Positions 62,750 through 64,000 of a stretch of 64,000 nucleotides of DNA are shown here, in pieces. Under the pieces are notes generated by a model that was given only the letters and a program-made list of their open reading frames with translations, was not told the DNA's origin and searched no databases. This DNA comes from Eledone cirrhosa (taxonomy: Eukaryota). The translations under genes were made by a program, and so were the position numbers. The DNA is taken from positions 162,750,001-162,814,000 of the forward strand of contig OZ024743.1 in assembly GCA_964016885.1 (NCBI GenBank). Reading direction: 5' to 3'. How positions within the stretch are numbered: position 1 is the first letter of the stretch; every line of letters begins with the position of its first letter.

Positions 62750-63322
62750 ATCATCATCATCGTTTTACGTCTGTTCTTCCACGCTAGCATGGGTTAGACG
62801 GGTTGTCCTGTTGTGGGCAGTGTCCAGTCGGCTGACCTTATCTTGCTCATACAGGAACTGATTCTGGCTTGATTTCTACAGCTGGATGCCCTTCCTAACA
62901 CCAACCTCATTTACAGTGAGTGCTGGGTGCTTTTTTCTGTGGCACCTACATGTCCACTTTACAGTGTGGGCTGGGTGTTTTTTTGCAGTGGGAGTGTGTG
63001 AGGGCATATTGTCTATATGCTTCAGCTTCGGCTTGTTCCTGTCGGGGGGGGGGGGGGGGGGGGGTCTTCTGTATTACTGCGTGATGCCAGAGGTCACGGT
63101 CATGTGTCTTGAGAGGTGCAATTGAGTAAGGTCGGCCTTTATCACCTCATCTCAGGTCTTCTTGGGTCTCCCCACCTCGTGGCTTCCATTGACTTTTAGT
63201 GCTCTGCACCTTTTTATGCAGCTGTCATCCTTCATACGCATCACATGATCATGCCAACGTAACCTCCTCTCCTGCCACACAGCATTTAATTCCTCTGATG
63301 CTCAGTCTCTCTCTCAATTCGT
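62750..63322 (-). mobile_element. RTE LINE 3' fragment, tail-to-tail with the preceding copy
   Basis: (CAT)n, reverse-complement 3' UTR, GRPKKT motif. Confidence 0.8.
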
Positions 63323-63392
63323 ATATATATCTATCGTATATCATCATTTCTCTTTACGTCCGCTTTTTCCCTGCTTGCAAGGGTGGGACGGT

Positions 63393-63676
63393 AACTGATT
63401 TTGGCTTGATTTCTACAGCTGGATCCCCTTCCTAACACCAACCTCATTTACAGTGAGTGCTGGGTGCTTTTTTGCCGTGGCACCTACACGACCACTTTGC
63501 AGTGGAATGATATGGACCCCAGTCCCTATCATCTCATTTCTACAGCTGAGTAAACTGGAGCAATGTGAAATAAAGTGTCTTGCTCAAGGAAACAACACAT
63601 TACCCAGTCTGAGAATTGAACTCACAACCTTTCGATTGCAAGGCTAATGCTCTAACCACTAAGCCATGTGCCTCCA
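63393..63676 (-). mobile_element. tRNA-derived SINE (same family as 1606-2020)
   Basis: Near-identical head and body to the copy at 1720-2020. Confidence 0.85.
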
Positions 63677-64000
63677 TATATATGTGCAGACGTATATATA
63701 TAGATATATATATATGTCTGTATATCAAAATGAAGTAACGAAGTCAGAAACTCGCGTTAGTCCCTGTAATTCCTGAGCTCAAAGGAAAAAGAATCCTGGG
63801 CTCTTCAAATATAATATAGAGAAGAAAACACACTAGCGAAAGTGTGTGTTTATCAAGTTACAGGGAATACCATTAGCGTATGCAACCTATAAACTAAGAA
63901 AGGTGAGGTAGATACATTATAATTAAAAATATAAATTAGAACGAATTTACCCACCTTTATAACTATATATCACACACGTGCAAACTCAGTGGTTTTGGGC

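Overview
Eukaryotic, AT-rich, repeat-dense genomic DNA. The RTE LINE, tRNA-SINE and (TA)n landscape suggests a coleoid cephalopod such as Octopus (inference). Two spliced + strand host genes were reconstructed by hand: the last five coding exons of cytoplasmic asparaginyl-tRNA synthetase (NARS1; 501-18264) and the first eight coding exons of a meiotic RING E3 ligase of the RNF212/Zip3 family (37902 to at least 58195, open at the 3' end). Most of the rest is decayed transposons: RTE LINEs of at least three families, CR1-like and CRE-like LINEs, a Penelope-like element, a full Ty3/Gypsy element, a non-autonomous LTR element, a mariner interrupted by a long-TIR foldback, MITEs, a Helitron and SINEs. 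The most notable observations are: (1) hammerhead-ribozyme motifs in three separate inserts that each sit inside (TA)n microsatellites; (2) two RTE-type LINEs with twin-priming-like 5' inversions; (3) LTR elements with TG..TA termini and a tRNA-Trp primer site; (4) a PHD finger inserted inside the RT domain of the dominant RTE family; (5) an orphan CpG-rich unit with splice signals between the two genes. All coordinates were read by eye and TE boundaries are approximate.
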